Source: a virus. From it: 64,000 nucleotides of DNA. Of this stretch, positions 1-10,515 are shown in pieces (positions within the stretch are counted from its first letter, which is position 1; every line of letters starts with the position of its first letter). Position numbers and translations under genes: made by a program. The notes below the pieces were generated by a model. That model was not told the origin of the DNA and made no database searches. It worked only from the letters and a program-made list of their open reading frames with translations. The stretch lies in IMG/VR virus record IMGVR_UViG_3300021376_000010; one strand, written 5' to 3'.

Positions 1-3000
1 GTTACTGAAGAAATTAAACCAAAGAGTGAACCAGTTCCAATATATGGTCTTGTTCTTGGTGTTTCTGCACTACCATTAATTGAAAGTAGACCTTCTCCAA
101 GATGAACTGGTTTTGTCTGTGTTCTTGCATTTCCAGCAAGAGTAATAGTACCAGAACCAACTTCTCCGTAAATAAAGAATAGTGTAACAACACCAGTTGC
201 CCTGAATAGAGCACCATCTGTTGGTGGAACAATGGTTTTTCTTTCAATTCCAGAGATATAACGTTGCTTACTACGTGCATCAAGTCCAGAAACTCTTTGT
301 CTGAGATTTAATACACCGCTTCCAATTTCAGATAGTGAAGATACGACTATAGAAGAACCATTGAGTTTAAATAGTACTCCATCTGAACGCAATCTTCCTA
401 CAACAACAGATGTTGCACTATCAAATGTAAATATGCGTCCAGAACCAAAGTATGATTCTGTATTCTTCTCGATTGCATTTCCTGCAAACTTGAAGAGTCC
501 TGTTGAAACCTTAGTTGCTGCAGAAGACTCGGTGGAACTGATAAAGGTAAAGAGTGAACCAGAACCAAAGTATGATTCTGTATTCTTCTCGATTGCATTT
601 CCTGCAAACTTGAAGAGACCTGTTGCTGATGGAGCATTGGATTTGACTTCTGTTTTGGTTCCAAATGCAAAGAGTGAACCAGAACCAACATAAGATTCTG
701 CATTCTTCTCGATTGCATTTCCTGCAAACTTGAAGAGTACTGTTGCAACAAGAGAACTTGTAGTAGATTCTGCCGATCCAGTGAAGGCAAAAATACGTCC
801 AGAACCAATATGTGGTGCGGGAGTAATTGCTTGTGGAGAAGAACCAAAGAACTTGAAGAGACCTGTTGCTGATGGAGCATTGGATTTGACTTCTGTTTTG
901 GTTCCAAATGCAAAGAGTGAACCAGAACCAACATAAGATTCTGCATTCTTCTCGACTGCCGCACCAGAAATAGTAAGTTTTCCAGAACCAATTTGTGGTT
1001 TTGGAGTAACAGATTCTCGACCATCAACAATTGCAAAGAGAGAACCAGAACCAACGTGAACTAGACTAAAACCAATAGTTGCAGAACTAATTCTGGTTAT
1101 TTGTAGGTTTCCACTACCATTATATCCAAATAATCTATGTACAGATACTGGTGTTGAGAATACTTTTGCTCGACCAGAACCAACATAAGATTCTGCATTC
1201 TTCTCGACTGCCGCACCAGAAATAGTAAGTTTTCCAGAACCAATTTGTGGTTTTGGAGTAACAGATTCTTGACCACCAACAATTGCAAAGAGAGAACCAG
1301 AACCAACGTGAGATAGTAAAGCTCTTAATTGTGAAGAACCAAGGAACTTGAATAGTCCTGTTGCTGATGGAATATTTGCTCTTGCTTCTCCAGCACCAGT
1401 AAATGCAAATATACGTCCAGAACCAATATGAGATAGTGATGCTTTAATTGCTGCCTTGTCATCACTAAATCTAAATCTTCCATATGGGAATCTATTTTCA
1501 ACATCAGTAATGTAACCATAATTACGTTTTTGTTGTCCGTAATTTGTTGGTTGTGTAATAAATCCATAATCATCTGGATTATCAACACCAAATTGAGATA
1601 CAATTTGGTTTCCATAAGTACTAATTTGGTCATTAGCATAATCAAATATTACATTACTATTGCTGATATTAATTGGAGTTTCTGTTAAGAAACCATAATC
1701 AAGGGACTCTAGATTTACTACAGAAGACTCATTATAATCATATGCAACTCTTTCTGCATGACCGACAAATCCAAAGAGTGAACCAGAACCAACATAAGAT
1801 TCTGCATTCTTCTCTGTCGCAGCACCAATAAACTTGAATAGTCCTGTTGCTGATGGAATATTTGCTCTTGCTTCTCCAGCACCAGTAAATGCAAATATAC
1901 GTCCAGAACCAATATGTGGTGCTGGAGCAAATGCTTGATTTGCAGAACCATTAATTTTGAATAGTTCTGTTGATTCTGGTGGATTTGCTCCAAGTGATTC
2001 TGCAGATCCAGTAAATGCGAAGATACGTCCAGAACCAACATGGGATAGAGATGCTTTTAGTTCCGCACTTCCACCAAGAACAAATTGACCAGTTCCAACG
2101 TGTATTGGTAATACAAATATTCTTGAGAAACCAGAAATTGATATTTGTACAGAACCAGAAATAAGTGGTGATTGGGAAACTTGAGTAGATGATTCTAATT
2201 TTAGTTTTCCGAATGGGAAAATATTATCTGTTTCTGTTATAAATCCATAATCAACTTTGTTCCATGGTTTTTGTGGACTTGGAATTTCAGTTATCGTTCC
2301 ATAGTCATCTTCTAGATTTTCAATTCCAAACTGCGATACAATTTGGTTTCCATAAGTACTAATTTGGTCATTAGCATAATCAAATATTACATTACTATTA
2401 CTAATATTAACTGGAGAATCAGATATGAATCCATAATCTAACGAATCAATAGTTACTATTGAAGACTCGTTGTAATCATAAGTAACTCTTTCTGCATGAC
2501 CAACAAATCCAAATAGTGAACCAGATGCAGAATAAGATTCTACATTCTTCTCGACTGCAGAACCACTGAAAGCAAATAGATTTGTTTCTGGTTTTGTGAT
2601 GATAACTCTTGAGTATCCCGAACCAGTAAATGCAGAAAACTGTCCAGAACCAATATGTGGTGCTGGTGTAACTGTCTCTTTGGCAGAACCATTAATTTTG
2701 AATAGTTCTGTTGATTCTGGTGGATTTGCTCCAAGTGATTCTGCAGATCCAGTAAATGCGAAGATACGCCCAGAACCAACATGGGATAGAGATGCTTTTA
2801 GCTCAGAATCACCACTAATGTTAAATACACCAGAACCAATATGTATTGGTAATACGAATATACGTACAACACCAGATATAGATATTTCCGCAGAACCGAA
2901 AATAGATGGTGATTGAGAAACTGCAGTTAATGATGATAGTTTTAACTGACCAAATGGAAGTCTAGTATCATTATCAGTAATAAATCCATAATTAACTTTG

Positions 3001-3938
3001 TTCCATGGTTTTTGTGGACTTGGAATTTCAGTTATCGTTCCATAGTCATCTTCTAAATTAGATACACCAAATTGAGATACAATTTGGTTTCCATAAGTAC
3101 TAATTTGGTCATTAGCATAATCAAATATTACATTACTATTGCTGATATTGATTGGAGAATCAGATATAAATCCATAATCTAATCCTTCTGGTCTTATTAC
3201 CGAAGACTCATTATAATCGTATGTAACTTTCTCTGCATGACCAACAAATCCAAATAGTGAACCAGAACCAACATAAGATTCTGCATTCTTCTCGACTGCA
3301 GAACCTATAAACTTGAATATATTTGTTTCTGCTTTTGTAATGATAACTCTTGATAATCCTGCACCAGTAAATGTAGAGAAAAGACCAGTTGCAGAATAGT
3401 TCCCTCTTGAGAACGCATGAAAAGCACCACCAGAAAAGACGATAATACGATTTTTGCTTTCTGATGGTGCGTTAGTTGTTGTATATGTTGAACTACTAAA
3501 TCCGAATAGTTTTCCAATACCATTTTGATTAGCAATTCTGGATTGTTCTGCAGAACCATCTGCTCGAATTCTTCCAGACCCAACGTGTATTGGTAATACA
3601 AATATTTTTGCTTTTCCACTTACGAGGAAAGACAATCCACCAACACTTCTTCTTACTAAAGAAACGTCAGCAAACTCAGTAGATATACTTAGTTTTCCAA
3701 ATGGTATATTTTGACGAAGTATTGTTATACTTCCATAATTGAATATTTGCTTCTCACTGGTGATACTATCTGTAATTAAACCAAAATCGTCATAATAACT
3801 AACAAATTCTCCAATTAATCCATAATCTTCACTTTCAAAAAATATAATGGAGCTAGTGTTATACGAAAAAACACCTCTCTCTTCTAACTCGCCAGAAGAA
3901 AGAGAAGTGTTTTTTCCAGTATAACTAAATACTGCCAT
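1..3938 (-). CDS. Large repetitive virion structural/fibre-like protein, >1312 aa, 3'-truncated by the window edge
   Basis: ATG at 3938 with AAAGGAG RBS upstream. The frame read at the left edge (..YIGTGSLFGLISSV) matches the recurring NAESYVGSGSLF/HIGSG repeats. Absent from the ORF track, consistent with no stop in the window. Confidence 0.85.
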   Translation of the reverse strand, partial: MAVFSYTGKNTSLSSGELEERGVFSYNTSSIIFFESEDYGLIGEFVSYYDDFGLITDSITSEKQIFNYGSITILRQNIPFGKLSISTEFADVSLVRRSVGGLSFLVSGKAKIFVLPIHVGSGRIRADGSAEQSRIANQNGIGKLFGFSSSTYTTTNAPSESKNRIIVFSGGAFHAFSRGNYSATGLFSTFTGAGLSRVIITKAETNIFKFIGSAVEKNAESYVGSGSLFGFVGHAEKVTYDYNESSVIRPEGLDYGFISDSPINISNSNVIFDYANDQISTYGNQIVSQFGVSNLEDDYGTITEIPSPQKPWNKVNYGFITDNDTRLPFGQLKLSSLTAVSQSPSIFGSAEISISGVVRIFVLPIHIGSGVFNISGDSELKASLSHVGSGRIFAFTGSAESLGANPPESTELFKINGSAKETVTPAPHIGSGQFSAFTGSGYSRVIITKPETNLFAFSGSAVEKNVESYSASGSLFGFVGHAERVTYDYNESSIVTIDSLDYGFISDSPVNISNSNVIFDYANDQISTYGNQIVSQFGIENLEDDYGTITEIPSPQKPWNKVDYGFITETDNIFPFGKLKLESSTQVSQSPLISGSVQISISGFSRIFVLPIHVGTGQFVLGGSAELKASLSHVGSGRIFAFTGSAESLGANPPESTELFKINGSANQAFAPAPHIGSGRIFAFTGAGEARANIPSATGLFKFIGAATEKNAESYVGSGSLFGFVGHAERVAYDYNESSVVNLESLDYGFLTETPINISNSNVIFDYANDQISTYGNQIVSQFGVDNPDDYGFITQPTNYGQQKRNYGYITDVENRFPYGRFRFSDDKAAIKASLSHIGSGRIFAFTGAGEARANIPSATGLFKFLGSSQLRALLSHVGSGSLFAIVGGQESVTPKPQIGSGKLTISGAAVEKNAESYVGSGRAKVFSTPVSVHRLFGYNGSGNLQITRISSATIGFSLVHVGSGSLFAIVDGRESVTPKPQIGSGKLTISGAAVEKNAESYVGSGSLFAFGTKTEVKSNAPSATGLFKFFGSSPQAITPAPHIGSGRIFAFTGSAESTTSSLVATVLFKFAGNAIEKNAESYVGSGSLFAFGTKTEVKSNAPSATGLFKFAGNAIEKNTESYFGSGSLFTFISSTESSAATKVSTGLFKFAGNAIEKNTESYFGSGRIFTFDSATSVVVGRLRSDGVLFKLNGSSIVVSSLSEIGSGVLNLRQRVSGLDARSKQRYISGIERKTIVPPTDGALFRATGVVTLFFIYGEVGSGTITLAGNARTQTKPVHLGEGLLSINGSAETPRTRPYIGTGSLFGLISSV
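441..3320. repeat. Nested intragenic direct repeats: ~120-nt units plus 738/741-nt super-units
   Basis: Identical 65-nt block at 1597, 2335 and 3076. ~120-nt period at 441/561/681. Near-identical blocks at ~921 vs ~1173, ~1345 vs ~1831 and ~1942 vs ~2683. Confidence 0.9.
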
Positions 3939-3950
3939 TATGACTCCTTT

Positions 3951-4313
3951 TTAGGTCACTTGAACAGTGCTTAACGTTCCAGTAGTACTAACACTTAATC
4001 TCCACCTTGTACCGTTTGATGCAGTTAGTATTACTCCCTGTGATGTATTTATACCAACTTGTACATCACCCAATACATCCAAAGTTGCTCTTGGTACTGT
4101 ACTTCCAACTCCAACAGCAAATCCAGGAGAAACAATTAAATCACTTGCAACTTGTCCATTTATATCTAAGTTTTTACTTAATTGGACAGTATCTGCATTT
4201 AAATTAATAAAAGCAGGAGAATTAATGTCTATTGTTCCATCTGAAGTAACAGATGAGTATCCATTGGTGCTTATTAATTTTAGATTTTTTGTCGTAAAAT
4301 CGGTATCTGCCAT
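3951..4313 (-). CDS. Small tail-fibre-like structural protein (120 aa)
   Basis: VGVGSTVPRATLDV fibre repeat and GVILTASNGTRWRLSV C-terminal motif typical of cyanophage fibre proteins. Confidence 0.6.
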   Translation of the reverse strand: MADTDFTTKNLKLISTNGYSSVTSDGTIDINSPAFINLNADTVQLSKNLDINGQVASDLIVSPGFAVGVGSTVPRATLDVLGDVQVGINTSQGVILTASNGTRWRLSVSTTGTLSTVQVT

Positions 4314-4325
4314 TTTTTTAAATAT

Positions 4326-6905
4326 TTAGGAGTTTGTTCTTGGGTTATATATTACTCTAGATTTCCCACCTTCAAGACTATTTAAATCTTCCCAATTTGG
4401 ATCATTTGCTGTTCTTGACTCATTTCCTTGATAAAATCTTCCAGTAGATGTTTGTGTAATAATTGAACTCTTCAAATATTTTCTGACATCTCTCCAAGTC
4501 CAATTCCTATTATCTTGCATAAGAGTTGATATAAAACCAGCAGCAACTGGACATGCAGCACTTGTTCCACCAAAACTAGCATCAGATGCTTGAGATATTT
4601 TTCCATTAGCACCAATTTGCAAATCTATTTGTGCTGGGGTGTTTTCATAAAAAATCATTTCCCATACAACTGTTGGAGATCCAAGAACACCCCCATAATA
4701 GGTTGTATGTCCTTCATACCTCACTCTAAAAGTTCTATTTGGAGATAAACCAGAGGTTAGATAATATATTCTTTGACAAGAAGCATCTGATGCCGTTATA
4801 TAAATTTTTGGATATGCGACTCCAGTTGCATTGTAATCATAACTAATTTCCTGATCATAATTTGGTACAGAAGACCTTGCTCCAAAAGTTACATAAGAAT
4901 TTGAATTAACATAAATTTCATTTGTTGTCACACTTCCGAAATTAATATTCCATGGAATTGTAATATCCCAAAAACCATCATCATTTCCACCGTATTGAGG
5001 ATGACCAATTGATGCAGTTACTGTGCTAACTCCTGAAGGACCTACTATTGTATTTGCGATAGAGACGATAGTAGCAGAATTATTGACTGTTGTTGTTATT
5101 CTACGTCCAGTATTGCTACCAAATGTTAAAGTATCTCCACTCATATATGCAGCAGTTACGGCAATTCCAATTGCCCCATTAATAACTAAGGATAAACCAG
5201 GATATGTATCTGCTCTCACACCAACAGCAGGATATCCACCACGATTTGCTGCCAATGTTCCATCTGCTGCAGCATAAATGTCAATTTCATTTCCCATATC
5301 ACTATAGTCTACTTTTCTTTCCTTTCCATCGGGTTGATAATCATCGTCCAATGCACCTACATTTATGACTGGGTATTCTCCTGAAGCAGTTTTTCCCAAT
5401 TGTTGTGGAAATCCTCTTCTATTTGTTGTGTTGTATGCGGTGTAACCAAACTCAGTATGAGTTGCAGAAATTAGTGAAACTCCAATTCCTTGGGCAGTTG
5501 TTGCCCAATAATTATTATAATCTGGATGTGATGGACTTACTTGTTTTTGATTGCTATTTCCTGCAGCTCCAATAAAAATAACTCCAGAATTAACACATTC
5601 ATTGCCTGCAGTTACAATAGAACTTGGAGCATGTTCTCCTTTCATTCTTCCACTATCACCAGTAGTACCGACATATTTAAAATAACCTGGTGCTGTTCCA
5701 GATGTATATGTTACTCCTATTCCACCACTAGTACCTTGTCTATAAAAATAAAATCCATTTGTTAGATGTCCTATTGCACGATACCCCCAACTATTACTAC
5801 TTACTGTTGGATTTCTATTTCCATACTTTGGATTGACTGGTTTATTTTGATGAAAAATTTTTAATATATCAAAATATATTTCAATTGCTGGAGAAAAACC
5901 ACCAATTGAATCAATTAAGAATTTATTTGAATTATACGCCCAACCCATAGTTCTTCCATAGGTTAAGGCACAGCAAGGAGTTCCATGATCTCCTTCTGCG
6001 GAAACTGTACTATTTGAACCGTTGCAATTTGCTCTAGTATAATTAGCAGGAATATTAACAGTACCAATTGAAGAAAATTTTGCTGATCTTTGATTAGAAG
6101 TTGACCACCAAGATTTTGCAACAGATTCGACTGGTACTGTCGTTCCGTCCCAACGGGTTATTAATCTACTTCCAGGAGAACCCTCAAACCATTCTGGGTC
6201 AATATAGTATGGTGCATCTAGAATTAAATCTAGTAAATCACATGTTCCAGTTGTAGCAGATACTGCTGCTGGATGCCAACCTGCCTTTAATACATTTCCC
6301 CCGATATAATCCACTGGAGAATTTGAAGTTCCAGCATTACTTTGAAATTCTGGATGCCCAAACCAACAACCATCATCAGAAACTATTACATCGACATCAA
6401 ATCCACTTGCATGTCCAGGAACTCTACTCGTTAAAACCTGTCTTGCTCCAGTAGATAAACCAGTTTGCCAACTATCATTTTTTTGAGAATGTCTTAATAG
6501 AGAATATCCACATCTACTAATGTCGGTAGAGTCTGGTGATGCTGGCAATAAATTTCCACCATTAAAAAAATCTCTATATTGTTTTGTATTATTGTTGTAT
6601 CTAAATTCTGGTATTACCCCAATTGGGAGATTATATAATTCTCTTGGTCGTGGTTTTGGATATGCCTCTGTATGTACTTGAGGATCCAAATGAATGTAAT
6701 GAATTGAGGGGTGATTCTTCAATTCTACTGCTTCTTCATCAGTTAGAAGATAAGATGCTCTTGTTTCACTAAATTCCTTTAAATCAGCACATTCAACACA
6801 TCTTGATGGAATGCATGAGTCTATACAACCATCATTTATTAGTTCCTGATGTAATTGTTGCCATTCTTCTGCCGTACTGCAACCAAGTGTGTATTGATTT
6901 TCCAT
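4326..6905 (-). CDS. Subtilisin-like serine peptidase (S8), probably virion-associated (859 aa from ATG 6905)
   Basis: Catalytic motifs VIVSDDG (Asp), HGTPC (His), AAGN (oxyanion) and FGGTSAACP (Ser). Prodomain-like N-terminus. ATG lies 2 nt past the upstream stop. Confidence 0.85.
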   Translation of the reverse strand: MENQYTLGCSTAEEWQQLHQELINDGCIDSCIPSRCVECADLKEFSETRASYLLTDEEAVELKNHPSIHYIHLDPQVHTEAYPKPRPRELYNLPIGVIPEFRYNNNTKQYRDFFNGGNLLPASPDSTDISRCGYSLLRHSQKNDSWQTGLSTGARQVLTSRVPGHASGFDVDVIVSDDGCWFGHPEFQSNAGTSNSPVDYIGGNVLKAGWHPAAVSATTGTCDLLDLILDAPYYIDPEWFEGSPGSRLITRWDGTTVPVESVAKSWWSTSNQRSAKFSSIGTVNIPANYTRANCNGSNSTVSAEGDHGTPCCALTYGRTMGWAYNSNKFLIDSIGGFSPAIEIYFDILKIFHQNKPVNPKYGNRNPTVSSNSWGYRAIGHLTNGFYFYRQGTSGGIGVTYTSGTAPGYFKYVGTTGDSGRMKGEHAPSSIVTAGNECVNSGVIFIGAAGNSNQKQVSPSHPDYNNYWATTAQGIGVSLISATHTEFGYTAYNTTNRRGFPQQLGKTASGEYPVINVGALDDDYQPDGKERKVDYSDMGNEIDIYAAADGTLAANRGGYPAVGVRADTYPGLSLVINGAIGIAVTAAYMSGDTLTFGSNTGRRITTTVNNSATIVSIANTIVGPSGVSTVTASIGHPQYGGNDDGFWDITIPWNINFGSVTTNEIYVNSNSYVTFGARSSVPNYDQEISYDYNATGVAYPKIYITASDASCQRIYYLTSGLSPNRTFRVRYEGHTTYYGGVLGSPTVVWEMIFYENTPAQIDLQIGANGKISQASDASFGGTSAACPVAAGFISTLMQDNRNWTWRDVRKYLKSSIITQTSTGRFYQGNESRTANDPNWEDLNSLEGGKSRVIYNPRTNS

Positions 6906-6906
6906 A

Positions 6907-8268
6907 TTAGAGCAATCCTCCTCTTGCAAATCTGTATGTGGTTAAACCAGAAATAGTGGATGCTGGAGTAATTCTGAGTTGGCAAACTCCAGATGATATC
7001 GTTGCTCCGAATGAAACAACAGGAGTATTATTAAAGATAATTGAATATTCTTGTGAATATGCTGTAGTCCCTCCGACCATTACCACACATTTCTGTGTTT
7101 GAATATTGAGACCATTTTCAACATGGATTAAATATTCTAATGATTTAAATGACTTTGTTGAAACTGGGAATGAATCAAAGGTAAATGCTACTCCAACAGT
7201 AGCACTAAATGTTCCTACACCTGTAGATACTGCATATCTCTCGATTTGTAATTTTTCTAATGGATTTGTGGTTCCTATGCCAACATTAGAGAGAGTGTGG
7301 ATTCCTATTCCTGTAGATGTCCAATATGATTCTCCCCCTCCTCCTCCTCCTCCTCCAGTGGCACTAATAGTTACTTGTCCTGTAGAACCACTAAGAATTA
7401 TATTTGAACCCGCAACTAGTGAAGTTACCACTCCTGATAAATTTACTCCAGAACCACTAAAAGTCGTTGCAGTTAAAATACCGACAATTTTGGTATCACC
7501 TATTACTGTAAGTTTTGATGTTGGATTTATTGTCCCTATACCTACCTTAGAAATTCCATTTATGTAAATGTCACTAGTGTATCTTGCCTTTCCTGTTTGA
7601 TCTACACTAACTATTTGTCCAGGAAGACCAGTAGTTGTTCCTAATCCAACAGATCCCTCTGCATAAAGTGCAGTTCTTGATTTTAAATGCCAGGCATCAA
7701 CCCATCCAGGATTGAGAGATGTATTATCATTAATTCCACCAATAGTAACTGTAGGATAACCACCAGAAGTATCACCAATTCTTAACCAACCTCTTTCATT
7801 ATTTGATGAATCTTGAATCTTTACAGTTCCACTAACTTGAAATTTTGCTGAAGGATTTGTAATTCCAATACCAACACTTGAAGTAGTATTAATTCCAGAA
7901 CCAGTTATTGCCCATGGGTTGATAAGACCAGGGATATTATAAAGACCAGATGCATCTCCAATAAATTTAAAAGCAGTTATTATTCCTGTAGTGTTTATGT
8001 TTGCAGTTGATGTTAATGCTGAAGAAATTCCAGAACTTGCAGAATATATTGCGTATGCAGATAAACCAGAATTATTGGAATATGATGAGATACCAGAAAG
8101 AGCAGCATATGAAGAAATACCAGCAGAAGAAGCATAAGTTGCCACTCCTGCTGTTGTTGCATATCCCGAAGCATTCAAATTTTGAAGTTGTTCTACGTCA
8201 ACAGCAATAGAATTAATTACTAATCTCTGTTGTTCAAAAGTTGAATTAATACCTACATTTCTAGCCAT
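6907..8268 (-). CDS. Tail-fibre-like protein (453 aa)
   Basis: N-terminal TFEQQR motif, Ala/Gly/Ser/Thr-rich repeats, repeated VGIGTxNP motifs. Confidence 0.7.
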   Translation of the reverse strand: MARNVGINSTFEQQRLVINSIAVDVEQLQNLNASGYATTAGVATYASSAGISSYAALSGISSYSNNSGLSAYAIYSASSGISSALTSTANINTTGIITAFKFIGDASGLYNIPGLINPWAITGSGINTTSSVGIGITNPSAKFQVSGTVKIQDSSNNERGWLRIGDTSGGYPTVTIGGINDNTSLNPGWVDAWHLKSRTALYAEGSVGLGTTTGLPGQIVSVDQTGKARYTSDIYINGISKVGIGTINPTSKLTVIGDTKIVGILTATTFSGSGVNLSGVVTSLVAGSNIILSGSTGQVTISATGGGGGGGGESYWTSTGIGIHTLSNVGIGTTNPLEKLQIERYAVSTGVGTFSATVGVAFTFDSFPVSTKSFKSLEYLIHVENGLNIQTQKCVVMVGGTTAYSQEYSIIFNNTPVVSFGATISSGVCQLRITPASTISGLTTYRFARGGLL

Positions 8269-8303
8269 AATTCCTTTTAGTCTATTGATAAAAAATTATA
8301 AAG

Positions 8304-8334
8304 AAAAAATAAGGGGATTACATTTGCAATCCCC
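8304..8334 (-). terminator. Rho-independent terminator
   Basis: GGGGATT..AATCCCC hairpin followed by a T-rich run on the minus strand, just after the 459-aa gene. Confidence 0.65.
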
Positions 8335-8364
8335 ACATGATAAATATATTCTTTTTTTGAAAAA

Positions 8365-9744
8365 TCAGTCGAGGCTGATGTTTAGAGTAACCTTAATTTG
8401 GTCTCCGTTGTTCTGAATGTTGTATGGACCGTTTGTAAATCTTTCAGCAAACATGATGCTACTGTAAAGAGTTGCACTTCCAACTCCAGCAAGTGCGGGA
8501 GATGTTCTGAAAACGTTTGTTCCTACAGTCTCAAAAATTGTATATGTTGAAGATGAAGTTGTAGTGTTTGCTGTTCCTGCTGCAATGTAAATTACATCTC
8601 CACGGACTAATCCGTGGTTTAAAGCGGTTACTTCACTGAAATTGAAATAGACAGTAGCACCAGTAGCAGCCTGAATGTTGTTTACTAGGTTATTGCTTAA
8701 GTAAACAATTCTCTGACTTTCATCAAAACCAGTTACTAAAGTATTTGATGGGATTGCATTAACTTCCCCAACAACGTTTCCGTGAGTAACTGCCATACCC
8801 ACAGTAATGTTTTCTCCAACATTTTCTGTAAAGGTAACAATTCCAGTAACTGTGGTTGTGTTTCCTTTATCTAGTACAATAGTATTAGTACCAGCAACAC
8901 CTACAACTCTTGCGTTTGCTGCAACTCCAGTTCCAACAACTCTCTGATTTGTTGTGATGCCAGTTGGATTGTCAACTGTTACTATGAACTGTCCAGTTGA
9001 ACCAACTCCAGTTGGACTATATTTTTTATCAAACAGGGTTACGTAGTTTCTACCAATAGTTCCTGTTGTCTGAGTTTTCGCAACTGCTACTGCGGTTGAA
9101 ACTGATGCAGCATCTTGAACACCATGAATTTCAACAGGCATATTATTTGCTCTTACCAAATAATAACCATACTGATTATTAGCAGCAGAACTAAATGTAA
9201 ATGTTTGCTCTGGATATGATGCAGTGGTTGTTCCTCTACCAAATTCTAATGATTGGTTTAAGAATGTACCAGTGTTTGGAACGGTTAGGACGATTGTGTT
9301 TCCATCAATAGCAGCAACTGTAGCACGGTTGCCAACACCACCACCAGAAACGTAATGACCAACTGCGATGTTTGTGGTTGATGATACGGTGATTGTATAC
9401 TGGTTTACAGTTCCAGAACCATTTGTAGTAACAATTGGAGTAGTAATTGTTCTAACATTCCATGAGTTTCCATTGAGCAAAATACCAAATTGCTCTGAAT
9501 AATCTTGGTCAAATCTATTATTGATTACTCTTGGATATCCGTTAGATGGATCAGTTCCGTAACCAACGTTACCAGAAGCATTAAATGGTTCATAATATTT
9601 AATTTGATCAGGAACATCAGATTCCGCTGGGGTTGTGTCACTTGAATATAGCTTAAGAATTAAATTTCTTGGGATTTCGTGATTGCTATTTACAAGGTAT
9701 CTTAGGGATTGAAGTTCGCCACAATCTGGTACTAATAGTGCCAT
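8365..9744 (-). CDS. Cyanophage virion structural protein (459 aa)
   Basis: MALLVP..GE N-terminus and FAERFTNGPYNIQNNGDQIKVTLN C-terminus. Has its own late promoter, RBS (AGGAG) and terminator. Confidence 0.7.
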   Translation of the reverse strand: MALLVPDCGELQSLRYLVNSNHEIPRNLILKLYSSDTTPAESDVPDQIKYYEPFNASGNVGYGTDPSNGYPRVINNRFDQDYSEQFGILLNGNSWNVRTITTPIVTTNGSGTVNQYTITVSSTTNIAVGHYVSGGGVGNRATVAAIDGNTIVLTVPNTGTFLNQSLEFGRGTTTASYPEQTFTFSSAANNQYGYYLVRANNMPVEIHGVQDAASVSTAVAVAKTQTTGTIGRNYVTLFDKKYSPTGVGSTGQFIVTVDNPTGITTNQRVVGTGVAANARVVGVAGTNTIVLDKGNTTTVTGIVTFTENVGENITVGMAVTHGNVVGEVNAIPSNTLVTGFDESQRIVYLSNNLVNNIQAATGATVYFNFSEVTALNHGLVRGDVIYIAAGTANTTTSSSTYTIFETVGTNVFRTSPALAGVGSATLYSSIMFAERFTNGPYNIQNNGDQIKVTLNISLD

Positions 9745-9787
9745 TGATAATGTCTCCTAACTCGTTTATGAATTAACGTTATATTCT

Positions 9788-9795
9788 TATTTATA
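9788..9795 (-). promoter_or_regulatory. T4-type late promoter TATAAATA
   Basis: Exact T4 late consensus 44 nt upstream of the 9744 start. Confidence 0.75.
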
Positions 9796-9807
9796 TATTG
9801 TTAAAAA

Positions 9808-10515
9808 TTAAATTTTTAACTTCAAAAATACTGAGCATCTCTGTATTCCAACACAACTCAGCACTTGAAATCTCAATACATCACCAAGTTCTAGTGATTT
9901 TGTCCATGTCGTAAGATTATCATCTTTATTCTTGTTTTGATTATTTAGTATAGGATACTCGTTTCCTACAATAGAACTAAAATTATTTGGAAAATTAGTA
10001 TAAGATGATTTTTCAATATTAAATGCTATTGTTCCTGTTGTTTCTGATAATATTGTCCACGATTCTAATGTTCCCGTAGCATCCAGTGTTAAATATCCCT
10101 TATTTCCAGGAGTAATATCTTGAGACCCATTATCAACCATAAAAATAATGGTCCTTGTTAAATCTGCCGTTGTTTGTAGTGCTATTCCAGAAAAATTTGA
10201 TCCAGATACTGGGGGATTTGTAAAATATAAAGTATTTCCAGATACTTGATAATCAACAATTGGTCTTAAAACTATTCCATTAATTGAAATCACCAACTGC
10301 TGCTCATTTGCTGGTCTATATGGTTGACCATTTACTGTTAATAAAAAAGATTTAGTGGACCCATTAAATTGTACTGATATATTATCCAATATTAAATTAG
10401 TATATTGGATACTTCTTAGTGGTGCCTCATAATTTACACCAATATTATATTGGTCTTCTGGAACTAAATTAACATTAAAATTGGGAGATGATACTACTAC
10501 ATCGTAGTTGCTCAT
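9808..10515 (-). CDS. Putative structural protein (235 aa)
   Basis: LDNISVQFNGSTKSF and QLVISINGIVL motifs also occur in neighbouring structural proteins. Confidence 0.6.
   Translation of the reverse strand: MSNYDVVVSSPNFNVNLVPEDQYNIGVNYEAPLRSIQYTNLILDNISVQFNGSTKSFLLTVNGQPYRPANEQQLVISINGIVLRPIVDYQVSGNTLYFTNPPVSGSNFSGIALQTTADLTRTIIFMVDNGSQDITPGNKGYLTLDATGTLESWTILSETTGTIAFNIEKSSYTNFPNNFSSIVGNEYPILNNQNKNKDDNLTTWTKSLELGDVLRFQVLSCVGIQRCSVFLKLKI

Noticed and set aside
441-3320. Near-identical repeats as a diversity-generating retroelement TR/VR pair
   Set aside because: All copies are in-frame within one gene, I saw no adenine-specific mismatch pattern, and there is no reverse transcriptase in the window
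14-3619. Many short L/Q/H-rich minus-strand ORFs and plus-strand ORFs in the ORF track
   Set aside because: They are alternative-frame or antisense shadows of the single long ORF starting at 3938
4595-5190. Protease insertion as an intein
   Set aside because: No block A or C-terminal HN-[C/S/T] splice motifs and no homing-endonuclease motif
7331-7357. (CCT)n microsatellite as a phase-variation tract
   Set aside because: It is a triplet repeat encoding a poly-Gly linker, so slippage keeps the frame
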